From positions 5,952,001 to 6,016,000 of the forward strand of contig NC_043011.1 in NCBI RefSeq assembly GCF_006345805.1: 64,000 nt of DNA, in the 5' to 3' direction. This document shows, in pieces, positions 1 to 13,069 of the stretch; the first letter of the stretch is position 1; the number at the start of each line of letters is the position of its first letter. The notes under the pieces are model-generated. The model did no database searches. It saw only the letters and a program-made list of their open reading frames with translations, and was not told where the DNA came from. Origin of the DNA: Octopus sinensis. Its lineage: Eukaryota. Made by a program: the position numbers and the translations under genes.

Positions 1-343
1 TGCTAAGTTTTCAAGGAAATTTATAGGTTAGCAGAATAACAGACCAGTGTGCAACTTTCTTCTGGCATCAGCATATGTGTGTATGTATATGTGTGTATGT
101 ATGTATGCGTGTGTATGTATGCGTGTGTATGTATGCGTGTGTATGCATTTGTATGTGTGTATCAGAGAGAAAAACAATATTCTGACATCTACAGAGAGAA
201 AATCAAATTCCCCAACAGCATTCTTCCAAAAGATAAATGTGTGTGTGTGTGTCTATACACAAATATACACTGTGTGTAGACTATATATATATATATACAT
301 ATATATACATACACACATATTTTATATAAATATACACATACAC

Positions 344-378
<35 letters not shown>

Positions 379-484
379 TAAGTATATGATTTAACTTATT
401 AAACACAGTTCAACAAATTCATTCATATTTCTGTAAACGGAGGAGATTAGATGTTAGAATGGTTCATAGTTTTTACTACTCGTG

Positions 485-572
485 TTGCTGTACAAATTGT
501 TTCGTACAGAAAGACTCAGATATTCATAAATAGAAAATCCGAGTTGTCAGAATGAGTACTCATCGGTAGCAA
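485..572 (-). ncRNA. Type-I hammerhead ribozyme-like motif with extended stem II
   Basis: Minus strand reads TTGCTA-CCGATGA-GTAC-[48 nt containing hairpin ACTCGGAT/ATCTGAGT]-GTAC-GAAAC-AATTT-GTA-CAGCAA. Stem I TTGCT/AGCAA, stem II GTAC/GTAC, stem III AC/GT, GUA cleavage triplet; core has U4>C. Confidence 0.6.
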
Positions 573-659
573 AGATAAGAACTAAAAAGACGTTAGAATT
601 ACATAAGTTTGGTGTTATCAATCATTTTGTATTGCGTTCTTGTTCTTGGAGTCTATTTT

Positions 660-663
660 AAAC

Positions 664-694
<31 letters not shown>

Positions 695-722
695 TACATA
701 TGTGTATATATATATATATAAT

Positions 723-776
<54 letters not shown>

Positions 777-1115
777 CACACAGATAGATTGATAGATAGA
801 CGGATGGATAGATGTCTATGTATGTGTATGTATATATATATACAGATAGATTGATAGATGGATGGATAGATGTCTATGTGTAAATATATATATATATACA
901 TATTTTATATATTTATATATACATCATCACACATACATTACAAACATATATTACATACACACACACTTATGTAAGTACATGTGTGTGCACACAAATATAT
1001 ATTCATGGAATATATATATATAAACACACACACAAGCCTATACATATGTATATAATTGTGTATATATACATACATACATTATACACACACACGTATGCGT
1101 GTGTGTGTGTGCATA
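660..1115. repeat. Compound (TA)/(CA)/(GATA) microsatellite
   Basis: Dinucleotide and tetranucleotide runs, including a duplicated CAGATAGATTGATAGA..GGATGGATAGATGTCTATG unit. Confidence 0.9.
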
Positions 1116-1656
1116 CGCAAGAATATCCATACATAACATATATTCAGGCACAAAAACACTAAAGTAAGGAATTCTCAACCTGAATGGCACCAATCCAGAT
1201 TGGCGGCAATGTAATGAAGCTACTTTGACTCACTTGATGATAAAGATCTCAATCTTGAAACATTCTTTATCACAAGATTCATTTTCTGTGTGTTATTAAT
1301 TCATTCTATTATCGCATAAGTTGAATAGGTCTGTAAGCCTAAACATTGGCGGAAGGAAAAAATCCAATTCTAATATCATCCAGGAAGTGGTGAGGCTGGA
1401 GGGGGTTTTGCTTTCAGACAGAGCTGTGATGACTATGCCAACCTTTAGAGACAGACTAAGGGCTTACAAGGAGACTTTACTTGGATGTTTTACATTAATT
1501 AGAATAATACAGATATTTGAAAATAAAGAAAGAAAAAAACAATGCAGGTGAGGAAATTAGAAAAAAACATATAAGGAGATGTCAATAGATGAAAACAAAA
1601 GAGAAAATATACTGTATTATGGTACATAAGCTATTTAATGATCTTATATCATTTCA

Positions 1657-1980
1657 GGAAGGTGCGTGGTTGGTGGGAATTCGGCTCACGATTGTAAGGT
1701 CGTGAGTTCGATTCCTGGCGACACGTTGTGTCCTTGAGCAAGACACTTTATTTCACGTTGCTCCAGTCCACTCAGCTAGCAAAAATGAGTTGTACCTTTA
1801 TTTTAAAGTGCCCCAGCCTTGTCACACACTGTGTCACGCTGAATCTCCTTGAGAACTACGTTAGGGGTACATGTGTCTGTGGAGTGCTCAGCCACTTGCA
1901 CATTAATTTCACGAGCAAGCTGTTCCATTGATCGGATCAGCTGGGACCCTCCTCGTTGTCGTAACCGACTGAGTGCTCCC
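1657..1980 (+). mobile_element. tRNA-derived CORE-type SINE (family D)
   Basis: B box GAGTTCGATTCC followed by CORE-like TTGTGTCCTTGAGCAAGACACTT...CTCCAGTCCACTCAGCT; degenerate relatives at about 7318-7480 (+) and 53400-53595 (-). Confidence 0.7.
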
Positions 1981-2579
1981 ATTATTTCAGGAAAGATTCC
2001 TGTTCTCAACACACTATAATGGCCTGTTGGTAACAACACATTTCTTTGAACTCTTTATTTCCTGTATTCTATTTCAAAAAGGAAATTTTTCCTGAAATAT
2101 TAAAGGATCATTAAACAACATATGTAAGGTAATGTAACCTTTTCTCTTTGTTTTGCATTTATTGACATCGCTTTAAATATTTTGCCCTCACTTCTGCATT
2201 GCTCAAAGGTTTCTCTCAAACATTTATATTATTTAAAGATTTTAAGGCTTCAAGGAAATTACAAAACGTTTATAAATTCGAACAGATGATGCCCAAAGAA
2301 TTTTTGCAGTATTTCAACATAGGATTACATTAACCTTTAAATTCTCCTTAAAACTAGAAATGTGTCAATCTCACAAACATAAAATATTCCACATAGAAAT
2401 TTTTTATTAATTTAAAAAAAAAAGAAAACATTTTCATCATATTTACATAATCCCACCAGAATAGTGGACAGGGGTTCTTTATACCCACAGCAAAAGCTAT
2501 GATGTTGTGGGCAAAATGATTCTTCTGCCCAACCCATGCCAGCATGGAAAACTAACACCAAGTGATGATGATAGCTAGA

Positions 2580-2918
2580 ACAGGCACAGATGTGGATGTG
2601 TGGTAAGAAGTTTGCTCCCCAACCACATGGTTCTGGGTTCAGTACCACAGTGTGGTACCTTGTGCATCTTCTAATAAAGCTTTGAATCAACCAAAGCCTT
2701 GTGAGTGGATTTGGTAGATGGAAACTGAAAGAAGCCTATCATGTGTGTGTGTGAGTGTGTATGTTCCCCACCACTACTTGACAACCAGTGTTGATGTGTT
2801 TATGTCCTCAAACTTAGTGGTTTGGCAAAAAACACCAACAGAATTAAGTACCAGGCTTTAAAAAAAAATTCCTTCAAGGTGGTGCCCCAGCATGGCCATA
2901 GTCTAATGACCAAAACAA
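2580..2918 (+). mobile_element. CORE-type SINE family A, degenerate copy
   Basis: Collinear with the copies at 19884 and 30522; ends in GGTGGTGCCCCAGCATGGCC tail. Confidence 0.8.
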
Positions 2919-2921
2919 ATA

Positions 2922-2971
<50 letters not shown>

Positions 2972-3667
2972 ATGAAATTCCTCCTTGAGGTCTGAGCAAA
3001 GGTCTTCACAGACCATCTTGGGTGCTCCCCAACCACCACCAGCCCCTATTAAAGAGAAAGAAAACTCTGACCATCAAAACCCTCCTCTATGGATGGTTAA
3101 TTGGAAATGATGCCATACTATTCTCGATAGGGACCAGGAAGGTACACCAAGCCTAATATTCTCAATTTGGTCCGTAATCCCTCCATCATCTGACATGTGG
3201 CATTCTGTGCCCTTGTACAGGAAATGTCACTTTGATGGAGCAACAGGTGAGCTCATATCCAACACATACATTTGATCCCTATAAACAAATCATCGGAGCA
3301 GGTCCTTCAGTGGAACCCTCATCTGTCAGCTTAAAAAAAATGTACTCTACAACATACATTGCATACTTTCTCTCTTCCATCTGAACACACACACACACAC
3401 ACACATATACAACTGCATCCATTACATATATAAAATGTTGACAGACACACATATATATACACACATATATCATTAGCAATTAAGTCATTGAGTATGAAAT
3501 AAGTAGTGAGTCATGTCAGCTGACCTTTCTTTCCGTTAATTACATCAAGTTAACAAATCAAATCTCGAGATTGTACAGACAATAATATTTCAGTGAGTGT
3601 ATATAACCGAATAACCAATAGTTGGCTGTTGGTGGGAATTTATCTAGTAAGCTATTCACTCACAGTA

Positions 3668-3685
3668 AGATACATACATACACAC

Positions 3686-3719
<34 letters not shown>

Positions 3720-3720
3720 C

Positions 3721-3754
<34 letters not shown>

Positions 3755-3927
3755 GTATGTATATATATGTGTGTGTGTGTGTGGTGTGTATATATATATA
3801 TATATAATATATATGTATGTATATATGTGTGTGTGTGTGTGTATATATATGTATGTATATATATATGTGTGTGTGTATATATATATGTATGTATATATAT
3901 ATATGTGTGTGTGTGTGTTGTGTATAT

Positions 3928-3961
<34 letters not shown>

Positions 3962-3970
3962 GTATGTATG

Positions 3971-4001
<31 letters not shown>

Positions 4002-4056
4002 GTATGTATGTATGTATATATACGTATGTATGTATGTATGTATATGTATGTATGTA

Positions 4057-4093
<37 letters not shown>

Positions 4094-4165
4094 GTATATA
4101 TATATATATATATATGTATGTATATATGTATGTATGTATATATATACATTATACACATACACAAT
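3668..4165. repeat. Compound (TA)/(TG)/(TATG) microsatellite
   Basis: Direct reading; explains the ORFs at 3593-4219. Confidence 0.95.
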
Positions 4166-4839
4166 ATGGCTACAGCAGGTAATAAGATAACATGACATTG
4201 TACTTAAAACCAGAAACACAACAAATAAATGACTTCCCAGAACACTGAGTGAATGTACCTAGAAGCATTTCAATTTTCCTGGAATCGATAAAACTGATAA
4301 GAGGCGAGAAAGGAACCAGTGACTCGGACGAGAGCCAATCAAAGATACTTTTACAAAGACACACTGGAAAACCAGCCAATCAACTTCATTATTCCAGTTA
4401 GGTTTGGGGGACGGTGGGAATCCCGCTACAGTTGCCCTCACAGCTTTATCTGTGGGTCAAAATACAGAGATACTCCTCATTTGATTAAGAGTTAATCACA
4501 GAAGATTATTTAAGAATTGGTTATTTAAATGGTGTCAGTGCAATGTGTTTTAGTTTGGGTTTGATTATCATTTGTTGCCCGGGGGGGGGGGGGGGGGCTG
4601 ATATGGAGTTTAGTGAAGCAGTGAAATTCTTTGGTTCCTTCAAGCCAATTTTGGTCTTCTCTAATATGTGAGCCAAAATGTAATAATATTCGTTGATTGC
4701 CATTTATTATATTGTTGCCTAAACCACTTTCAGAGTTAATAACACACACACATACACAGAGTTTAAAAGAAAAGGTAATAACACCATTGTTGCCTATGTA
4801 CCTATATTTATCAAATATGGATAGATAGATAGGTATTCG

Positions 4840-4871
<32 letters not shown>

Positions 4872-5296
4872 TGTGTGTAGAGGGAGAGAGAGAGATATGT
4901 GTATGAGTGTGTGTGTATGTGCATGGGGAGAGAGAGAGAACACATAAAATTACACATGCAGAGACATACACACAGGTACATATGTATGTATAAGTTTATA
5001 TATATTCTCCCATATCTATTCTCACCATTTCGTGTGAGTGAGAGAGAGAGAGAGAGAATGCCATCAGGGCTAATAGCTAATTCTTCCATCAAATCTGTAT
5101 TGTCTTAATACAAATAAAAGCATTATCTGTCCGCTTCTTAGATACCAGTTAAGGAATCTGTTGACTATCTGCTAGAAATAACCCTCCTATTCTCATTCTA
5201 TCAGATCCAAATAACTTTGCAGATATTGCTGAAGAAATCTAGTGTAGAAGATGATAAATTCATTATAGCTCTTGGTAAAAAAATATTCTCAAAGAC

Positions 5297-5703
5297 TTTA
5301 CTCTTTTACTCTTTTACTTGTTTCAGCCATTTCACTGTGGCCATGCTGGAGCACCATCTTTAGTGGAGCAAATCGACCCGGGGACTTATTCTTTGTAAGC
5401 CCAGTACTTATTCTATCGGTCTCTTTTGCCGAACCACTAGGTGACGGGGACGTAAACACACCAGCATCGGTTGTCAAGCAATGCTAGGGAGACAAACACA
5501 GACACACAAACACGTACACATACATACATATATATATATACATATATACAACAGGCTTCTTTCAGTTTCTGTCTACCAAATCCACTCACAAGGCATTGGT
5601 CGGCCCGGGGCTATAGTAGAAGACACTTGCCCAAGATGCCACGCAGTGGGACTGAACCCGGAACCATGTGGTTGGTTAGCAAGCTACTTACCACACAGCC
5701 ACT
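5297..5703 (-). mobile_element. CORE-type SINE family A
   Basis: Reverse complement of the family A consensus: tRNA-like head, CORE-like GCATCTTGGGCAAGTGTCTT, internal TA/TG tract, (TAAAAGAG)n tail. Confidence 0.9.
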
Positions 5704-6029
5704 AAACTATCTTATCCTAAAGACGATGTTTTGGGCCAAGTGAACTTCATGCTATAAAGAATGAGATGTGTATGAAGGAGAGGTGCTAGCATTGGTGGTT
5801 GTTAAGGAGTGGTAGAAGTGTTCAAAAAGACACTGCTAACAGATGGTCAAGAAATGGGACGAGAAAAAAACCCAGACATTATTATTAACAGATGGTGGGT
5901 TGCAGGTGCCATGAGAAAGAAATCTATATTTTGTTTTTCCTCTCCTAATGCAACTGTCACTGTTAATGGTTGTGGTGAAGTGATGGCATTTTCTTCCTAC
6001 TGCGTCTTTGCTATATTTGCATTCTACAG

Positions 6030-6345
6030 AAGCAGGCATGGCTGTGTAGTAAGAAGGTTGCTTTACAACTACGTGGTTCTGGGTTCAGTCCTACTGTGTG
6101 GAACCTTGGGCAAGTGTCTTCTACTATAACCTCATGCCATGCTGATCAAAGGCCTTCTGAGTGTATTTGGTATATGGAAACTGAAAGAAGCCCATTGTGT
6201 CTTTGTGTGTCCCTCCCATCACTGCTTGACAACTGGTATTGGTGTGTTTACACCCTTGTAACTTAGAGGTTCAGCAAAAGAGACCAATAAAATAAGTATC
6301 CTTCAAGGAGATGCTCCAGTATGGCCAGTCTAGTGACTGAAATAA
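6030..6345 (+). mobile_element. CORE-type SINE family A, older copy
   Basis: GGGTTCAGTCC B box, CCTTGGGCAAGTGTCTT, diverged tail GATGCTCCAGTATGGCC..GACTGAAA. Confidence 0.8.
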
Positions 6346-6859
6346 GTAGAAAGATGTGTGTGCATGTGTCTGAGTGTGAAGATATACATATATATATATA
6401 TACATACATAAATATATACACACACACAGAGGGAGAGAAATATACATAACTATATATTTGCACACACGCACACGTGTGTACATATGTATGCCTGAGTGTA
6501 TGGTGTTTGTGTGCGTGTATGTGTATACTCATACTCACACATACACACACATTCACAAACACACACACACACACACCCCATTTGATTCTTAAGTGAATCT
6601 GATCCCCACTACAACAATTAGCTAATCCACCGAAAAACATATTCCCATCGTTTGGAGAGGGAGGTCACTTGGATATGTCGTATAAATTTCTAAGGAGGTG
6701 TAATATCAGGACAAGCAGCTGTGAAGTTTCCATTTATCAACATGCACCCTTTAATACACTGCAATCCAGTTCCGCCCATCCAATATTCTGTGATAACCAC
6801 ATTGATAGGACTTTACTTCTGCTCTCACTTATCAAATATGAACAATGGACAGATTGTGT

Positions 6860-7273
6860 ACTCTCTTTTACTCTTTTACTTGTTTCAGTCATTTGACTGC
6901 AGCCATGCTGGAGCACCACCTTTAGTTGAGCAAATTGACCCCGGGACTTATTCTTTGTAAGCCCAGTACTTATTCTATCGGTCTCTTTTGCCGAACCGCT
7001 AAGTGACGGGGACGTAAACACACCAGCATTGGTTGTCAGGCAATGCTAGGGGGACAAACACAGACACACAAACACATACACATATATATATATATATATA
7101 CATATATACGACAGGCTTCTTTCAGTTTCCGTCTACCAAATCCACTCACAAGGCATTGGTCGGCCCGGGGCTATAGCAGAAGACACTTGCCCAAGATGCC
7201 ACGCAGTGGGACTGAACCCGGAACCATGTGGTTGGTTAGCAAGCTACTTACTACACAGCCATTCCTGCGCCTA
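6860..7273 (-). mobile_element. CORE-type SINE family A, full length
   Basis: Near-identical to the 5297 and 8243 copies, including the 5' end AGGCGCAGGA. Confidence 0.9.
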
Positions 7274-7489
7274 TAGTATGCATGTGTAGTATACGTTATG
7301 TATGTATTGTGTAAGTATATGGCGTAGTGGTTCAGGTGCTGTGCTCATGGTTTTGCAATCATGATTTCAATTCCTGGGACTGGACAGTGCATTGTGTTGT
7401 TGAGCAAAACACTTCATTTCACATTGCACTACAATCAATTTGACATCTGATGTGCAACACACCTGTGCCCCTGTACAGACAATACCAAT

Positions 7490-7765
7490 TTTGATGAGCA
7501 CCTGTGCTGGTGCCACGTATAAAGCACTTGTGTTGGTATCATGTACAAAACACTGGGGCTGGTGCCACATAAAAAGCACCAAGTACACTCTGTAGAGTGG
7601 TTGGCGTTAGGACGAGCATCTAGCTGAAGAAACCATGCCGAAACAATCAAAACGAATCGGAGCCTGGTGTAGCTCTCCGACTTACCAGTTCCTGTCAAAC
7701 TGTCCAACCCACCCATGCCAGCATGGAAAACAGACATTAAATGCCAATGGTGATGATGATGATGG
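7490..7765 (+). mobile_element. V-domain-like SINE family C
   Basis: GGTTGGCGTTAGGACGAGCATCTAGCTG block, CCCATGCCAGCATGGAAA, (GAT)n tail. Confidence 0.75.
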
Positions 7766-7903
7766 AGCTTATGTATAGCTCAAACATTTGATCACAAATT
7801 ATTTGTGCAGGATGTTGAGCAAGAAATGGCAGAACCCACATCTGTTGTCTATGACAGGACAGACCCCTATATATATACAAGCATACTTCCTTGCCATATT
7901 TCA

Positions 7904-8469
7904 ACGTTACCATATTTCTGCTGAAAAACACTTTGTTTCAATTAATTTTGAAAATAATGAGGAATTTAGCCAAATATCTTGGTCTTTATTGCGATGGCAC
8001 ATCAATTAACCTGAAATATTAGAAGGGTTTAATTTGAACTTATTTAAAACAAGAAGTTTGTATATCATAGAGACAGAGGCAGACTCGGGTGAGTTTACAA
8101 ACACAGACTGAGTTATACAATTAACCGATTCGTTAACATATTTTTGTTAAAAATACTTCCTTTGTTCCAATTAATTTTGAAAGTAACGAAGAGTTGAGTA
8201 AAATATCTCGGTTGTTGTGAGGAACATAAACTGACAGGAAATTTACTTTTACTTTTTTTTTTACTTTTTACTTGTTTCAGTCATTTGACTGCGGCCATGC
8301 TGGAGCACCGCCTTTAGTCAAGCAAATCGACCACGGGACTTATTCTTTGTAAGCCCAGTACTTATTCTATCGTTCTCTTTTGCCGAACCACTAAGTGACG
8401 GGGACGTAAACACACCAGCATCGGTTGTCAAGCAATGCTAGGGGGACAAACACAGACACACAAACATAT

Positions 8470-8500
<31 letters not shown>

Positions 8501-8728
8501 CATATATACGACAGGCTTCTTTCAGTTTCCTTCTACCAAATCCACTCACAAGGCATTGGTCGGCCCGGGGCTATAGCAGAAGACACTTGCTCAAGATGCC
8601 ACACAGTGGGACTGAACCCAGAACCATGTGGTTGGTTAGCAAGCTACTTACCACACAGCCACTCCTGCGCAAGTTTCTACCATAAAACTAGGAGTGGTTT
8701 CATGTGAGTTTGTATTAAAAGGGTTAAT
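7904..8728 (+). mobile_element. piggyBac-like MITE with tandem internal units, interrupted by a SINE
   Basis: Two degenerate units (GTTACCATATTT..TTTGTTTCAATTAATTTTGAAAATAATGA), a family A SINE at 8243-8670, and end AAAAGGGTTAA; same family as 50472-50851. Confidence 0.45.
8243..8670 (-). mobile_element. CORE-type SINE family A
   Basis: Near-identical to the 6860 copy. Confidence 0.9.
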
Positions 8729-9508
8729 CTGAGACCATGTGTGTGTGTGTGTGTGTGTATACACCCGCCTACCTCCCTGTACTGAGGTAGAGGTTGCTAA
8801 ACAATGTTTAACAAATCCAAACAAAGCCAAAACCAACAACAAAAATATAAAACAAGACAAAAACACACCAGTTTATCACACACCCCTGCCAAACCTGGCA
8901 CCACCCAGCTCTCATTTATCATTCTCTTCATATATATAGATATATATAGATATTATGCATATATACATACACACATGTATACACATATAAACACACACAC
9001 ACACACACACACACATAAACACACACATAAACACACACACACACATAAACACACACACACATATAAACACACACACATATATAAACACACACACACACAT
9101 ATATATATAAACACACACACATATATATATAAACATACATATATACATATGCATACATTGAATTTTCTTTGTTTATTGTTTTTGATCTTCAACTATCATC
9201 TGCTGAGTCTTTGAATTCCCAGACAGTGTTTCCAGCTGGTTTTTAGTTCAGATGCAACAAGAAAAACAAAAAAGAAAATAGCTTATAGCCTTTTGTTTTT
9301 TCTTTCTTTCTTTTCCTCTATTTTCTTTTGTTTCAAAGTAATATCTTTTTCACCTATAATTTTAGCTTAATTACTCCATCTCCCAACACAATTTTTATAA
9401 AATATTGATTACGTTGTACATTTCTGGCTAATTCACATTGTTTCTTTTGTTTGCTTTTAAATTTTCAAGTACAAAGTCTTAATAGTCTAGGTGTCTTACC
9501 CTTGACCC

Positions 9509-9539
<31 letters not shown>

Positions 9540-9540
<1 letters not shown>

Positions 9541-9908
9541 GCGCGTGGGGCAAAATGCGTAGCGGTATTTTGTCTGCCATTAGGTTTTGAGTTTGAATTC
9601 TGCCACGGTTGACTTTGCCTTTCATCCTTTCGGGGGGTCAATAAAATTAGTACCAATTACGTACTGGGGGTCGATGTAATCAACTTAATTCCTTCCCCAA
9701 AAATTTGAGGCCTTGTGCTTCCAGTAGAAAGGATGATTATTATTATTATATTATTATTATTATTATAACTAGGACGGTGAGCTAGCAGAATCATTAGCAG
9801 TTCAAATTCCGCCAGGGTTGACTTTGTCTTTCATCCTTTTGGGGTCGATAAATTTAAGTACCAGGTGAGTACTTAAATTTCAGGCCTTGTGCCTAAAGTT
9901 GAAAGGAT
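9540..9908 (+). mobile_element. Two Meta-domain-like SINE family B copies
   Basis: B box GAGTTCAAATTCC-like plus GCCTTTCATCCTTTCGGGGTC(A/G)ATAAA..AGTACCA; (ATT)n tails. Confidence 0.8.
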
Positions 9909-9913
9909 AATCC

Positions 9914-10278
9914 TTATTATCTCCACCTTAGCAAAAGCAGAGGTATTGTCTTCAATCATGTTTGTTTGTTTGTCTGTAGACAAGATATCTCAAGAACTGT
10001 TGGATGGTTTCAGATGAAACTTTCAGGAATGTTTAGCCTTGTGACTGGTTTGAACTGATTAGATTTTGGGATCGATTTGGTACTGGACAAGGATTCTGGA
10101 TCATTTTTTTCCTGTTTTTTTACTTATTTATTGAGAGCGGTCAGGTTCATTTTTAGTATTCTCGTTCGTGAAAGCAGTCGGGGTCATTTTTAGTATTCTC
10201 ATTTTAAATATCATCTCCAGTTAATCGTTGAGAGGATGTTGGTGTTGCCTTGGCAGAGGTTTGCACTCTCTAAGTGGC
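9914..10278 (+). mobile_element. Non-autonomous Helentron/DINE-like element
   Basis: 5' subterminal CTCCACC with nearby inverted GCAGAGG, (TGTT)n/TGTC microsatellite, 3' subterminal GGCAGAGG and terminal hairpin GCACTCTCTAAGTG. Confidence 0.6.
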
Positions 10279-10364
10279 AGCACCACCACCACACCACCAC
10301 TATCATCATCATCATCATCATCCTCATCATGGTGGTGGTGAGCTGGTAAAATCATTAGCATACC

Positions 10365-10820
10365 CAGCACAGGAGCCACTTGGGCAGACCTGGCATCGAC
10401 CACGTTCAGACGGTGCTTTTTATGTACCATTGGTACAGGAGCCGGTCAGGGGTCGCCAGCCCCAGCTACTCAACAAGACTTCTCAAGCATATCATATCAC
10501 CCGACGCATCAGGAGTATTCTTAACACAGCCGAACGTGTGTGGCTCTGATCTCACTTTAGTTGCCAGGTCTTGTCAATCACAATTCCTCATCATCATCGT
10601 TTAACGTCCGTTTTCCGTGCTAGCACAGGTTGGACGGTTTGACCAGGGTCTGGGAAGCCAGGAGGCTGCACCAGGCTCCAGTCTGATCTGGCAGTATTTC
10701 TACAGCTGGATGCCCTTCCTAACGCCAACCGCTCCGCGAGTGTAGTGGGTGCTTTTTACATGCCACCGGCACAGGTGCCAGTCAAGGCGGCGCTGGCATC
10801 GGTCATGTTTGGATGGTGGA
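10365..10820 (-). mobile_element. V-domain-like SINE family C fragments
   Basis: CATCATCGTTTAACGTCCG..CAGCTGGATGCCCTTCCTAACGCCAACC plus internal repeat units. Confidence 0.8.
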
Positions 10821-11843
10821 GGTCAGCTTAGCCTGTCATTCTTTCAGGGATCAATACAATGAAGTAACAGTCATGTATTGGGGTTGATGGTAGATGGTAT
10901 CCACCAGCCAGCCCCACCCCACCTTTGAAAAAATTGCTAAGCTTCAATCTAAATGAATAACCATTACTATTGTTGTAGTAAAAAAAATAAATAAAAAACG
11001 AAAATAAAAGACCGCAGGTGATCAAGAGTGGTGGTCATGGCTTGTGTTAACAGATTTACTTTCAGCATGTGTCTGGTGTAGGTCAGAGCTGGGTGAGGGC
11101 ACCTGCCATTGGTAGACTGGATAATCTTAGGTCTGTGAAGTTTCTTGACTGGTCCTAGTTGACAACGCTCCCCTCCAGGGCCTTGATATGAATCATCTCT
11201 GTATGGTCTATAGCATTACTTTTGTGCTTTCATTCATTTCATCCGCTTTGGGTATAAGCCCAAATCCTAACACACACACACACGCACACACGCACACTTA
11301 GAGTAATCTGTCGCTGTTATGTCGCCTCCCCACCCACCCATCACCTTCATCATAATAAGATTATTGTAATTATTATTATAATTATCATTGTTGTTATTAT
11401 TATTATTATTGCTGTTATTATCTTTTTATGAGCTGGCAGAATTGACAGCACGCTTGACACAGTGCCTGGTGGTATTTCTTCCGTCTTTACGTTCTAAATT
11501 TAAATTTTGTTGAGGTCGACTTTGCTTTCATCCTTCTGGGGTCAATAAAATAAAGGACCAGCTGAGCACTGAAACTGACGTACTCGCCCAGCCCCCAACC
11601 ACCCCCAAATTTCAGGCCTTGCACCTACAGCAGAAAGGATTATTATTATTGCTGCTGTTGTTGTTGTTAAACAATAAGATATAAATTAATCTAATATCAA
11701 CAAACATACACACACACATACAATTGATTTCATTTAGGGAATAATTAATGAAAGTGCATCCTTGTGTGTGCATGCATATGGTGTATGAGGGTGTGAGTGC
11801 ATGTGTGTGTGTGTATGTAAGTGCTTATATGTGTGTAAGAATA

Positions 11844-12263
11844 CAGGGTTGGCCGAAAGTCACCCGACAGTAAATCAAAATTCCATGAATTCTATCCGAA
11901 ATTCTGTAAGGACAACAAGCTGGCAGAATCGTTAGCACACCGGGCAAAATGTTTGGCAGTATTTCGTCTGCCGTTACGTTCTGAGTTCAAATTCTGCCAA
12001 GGTCGACTTTGCCTTTCATCCTTTCAATGTCAATTAAATAAGTACCAGTTACACACTGGAGTTGATGTAATCGACTTAATCCCTTTGTCTGTCCTTGTTT
12101 ATTTATCCCCTCTGTGTTTAGCCCCCTATGGGCAATAAATAAAATCAGTTTGAACAATTGTTATGATGTTTCATATTTTTAGATGCTTTTATTAAAATTC
12201 ATTCGTAAAACATAAATAAATCTTGGTTTTGATTTACTGTTGGGTGACTTTTGGCCAACACTG
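11844..12263. mobile_element. Tc1/mariner MITE with nested family B SINE (about 11908-12140)
   Basis: 37-bp TIRs CAGGGTTGGCCGAAAGTCACCCGACAGTAAATCAAAA / TTTTGATTTACTGTTGGGTGACTTTTGGCCAACACTG (3 mismatches), TA on both sides. Confidence 0.9.
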
Positions 12264-12399
12264 TACGTTTATAGTGTGTGTGTGTGTGTTGACATTTCAG
12301 TTGTGTCCTCCTCCACTCCAGGGATAGTTAAGGTCTACCTTCATTCAGAAAGTTAGTCAGTGGTGGTGGGCAGGATGTGAAAGGATCAAACTAAACGAC

Positions 12400-12585
12400 A
12401 ACAATTAACCATCTATAAGACAACCTGCTAGAAATAGCAGCCAAATCTCTCCAAATCATACACTGCCACCTTTCATAAAGGAAAGAAATATCAGATAACA
12501 CAGTCTCGGGTATAAAAGAAAAGACAGGATGGTCACGGTTGGAATGTCTTTCATTAGAGTTCTACTTGATCGGACCCAACAGATA
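12400..12585 (+). repeat. Interspersed repeat family E (SINE-like)
   Basis: CCTGCTAGAAATAGCAGCCAAATCTC..GGATGGTCACGGTTGGAATGTC; other copies at about 24470-24660 (-), 25815-26030 (+), 26930-27130 (-), 27230-27310 (+), 51715-51835 (-). Confidence 0.7.
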
Positions 12586-13026
12586 AGCCCCCCCCCCCAT
12601 CTTACCCTTACCACTCACTCCAGCTTATTTTCCATTAGGATCAGGATTACCCCTCAGACACACCACCAAGGGCTCACCCAGAGGTCTACTGCAATAACCT
12701 CCATGAAGCCCTTCCATCACAACCGTACCCCCACAAACGGCGGCCACGGCCAGGGGCCACATGTAATTGCACAGAAACCTCTCACATGATAACTGAAGAG
12801 GTTCCACATGTAGCCAACAGCTGTGGAATTGAATGGATCAACTCAGCAAGATTAAATGCTTTCTCCTCTTTCTCTCCCTCTTTCTACTACTCTTTCCATC
12901 TCTGACCATTTCTATCAGTTTATCTCTCTCACTGACTGTCTCTCCCCCTCCCATATATATCAGTCTCTCTGTCACTTTCCCTCTATCTCTGTGTCTGGCT
13001 CTCATTGCTTGCATCTCCTTTTTCTG

Positions 13027-13069
<43 letters not shown>

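Noticed and set aside
1232-1275. TTGATGA-TA-AAGAT-CTCA-ATCTT-GAAAC hammerhead-like string
   Set aside because: No stem I pairing and poor stem III; could be chance.
2985-3335. Unique-looking island containing KTLLYGW
   Set aside because: No sustained open frame with a recognisable product; possibly an old LINE remnant but not assignable.
4581-4597. G17 run with G-quadruplex potential
   Set aside because: Simple homopolymer, several similar runs in the window, no supporting context.
5471-8707. Recurrent peptides ASFSFRLPNPLTRHWSARGYSRRHLPK and MLGGQTQTHKH suggesting a gene family
   Set aside because: Antisense translations of SINE family A.
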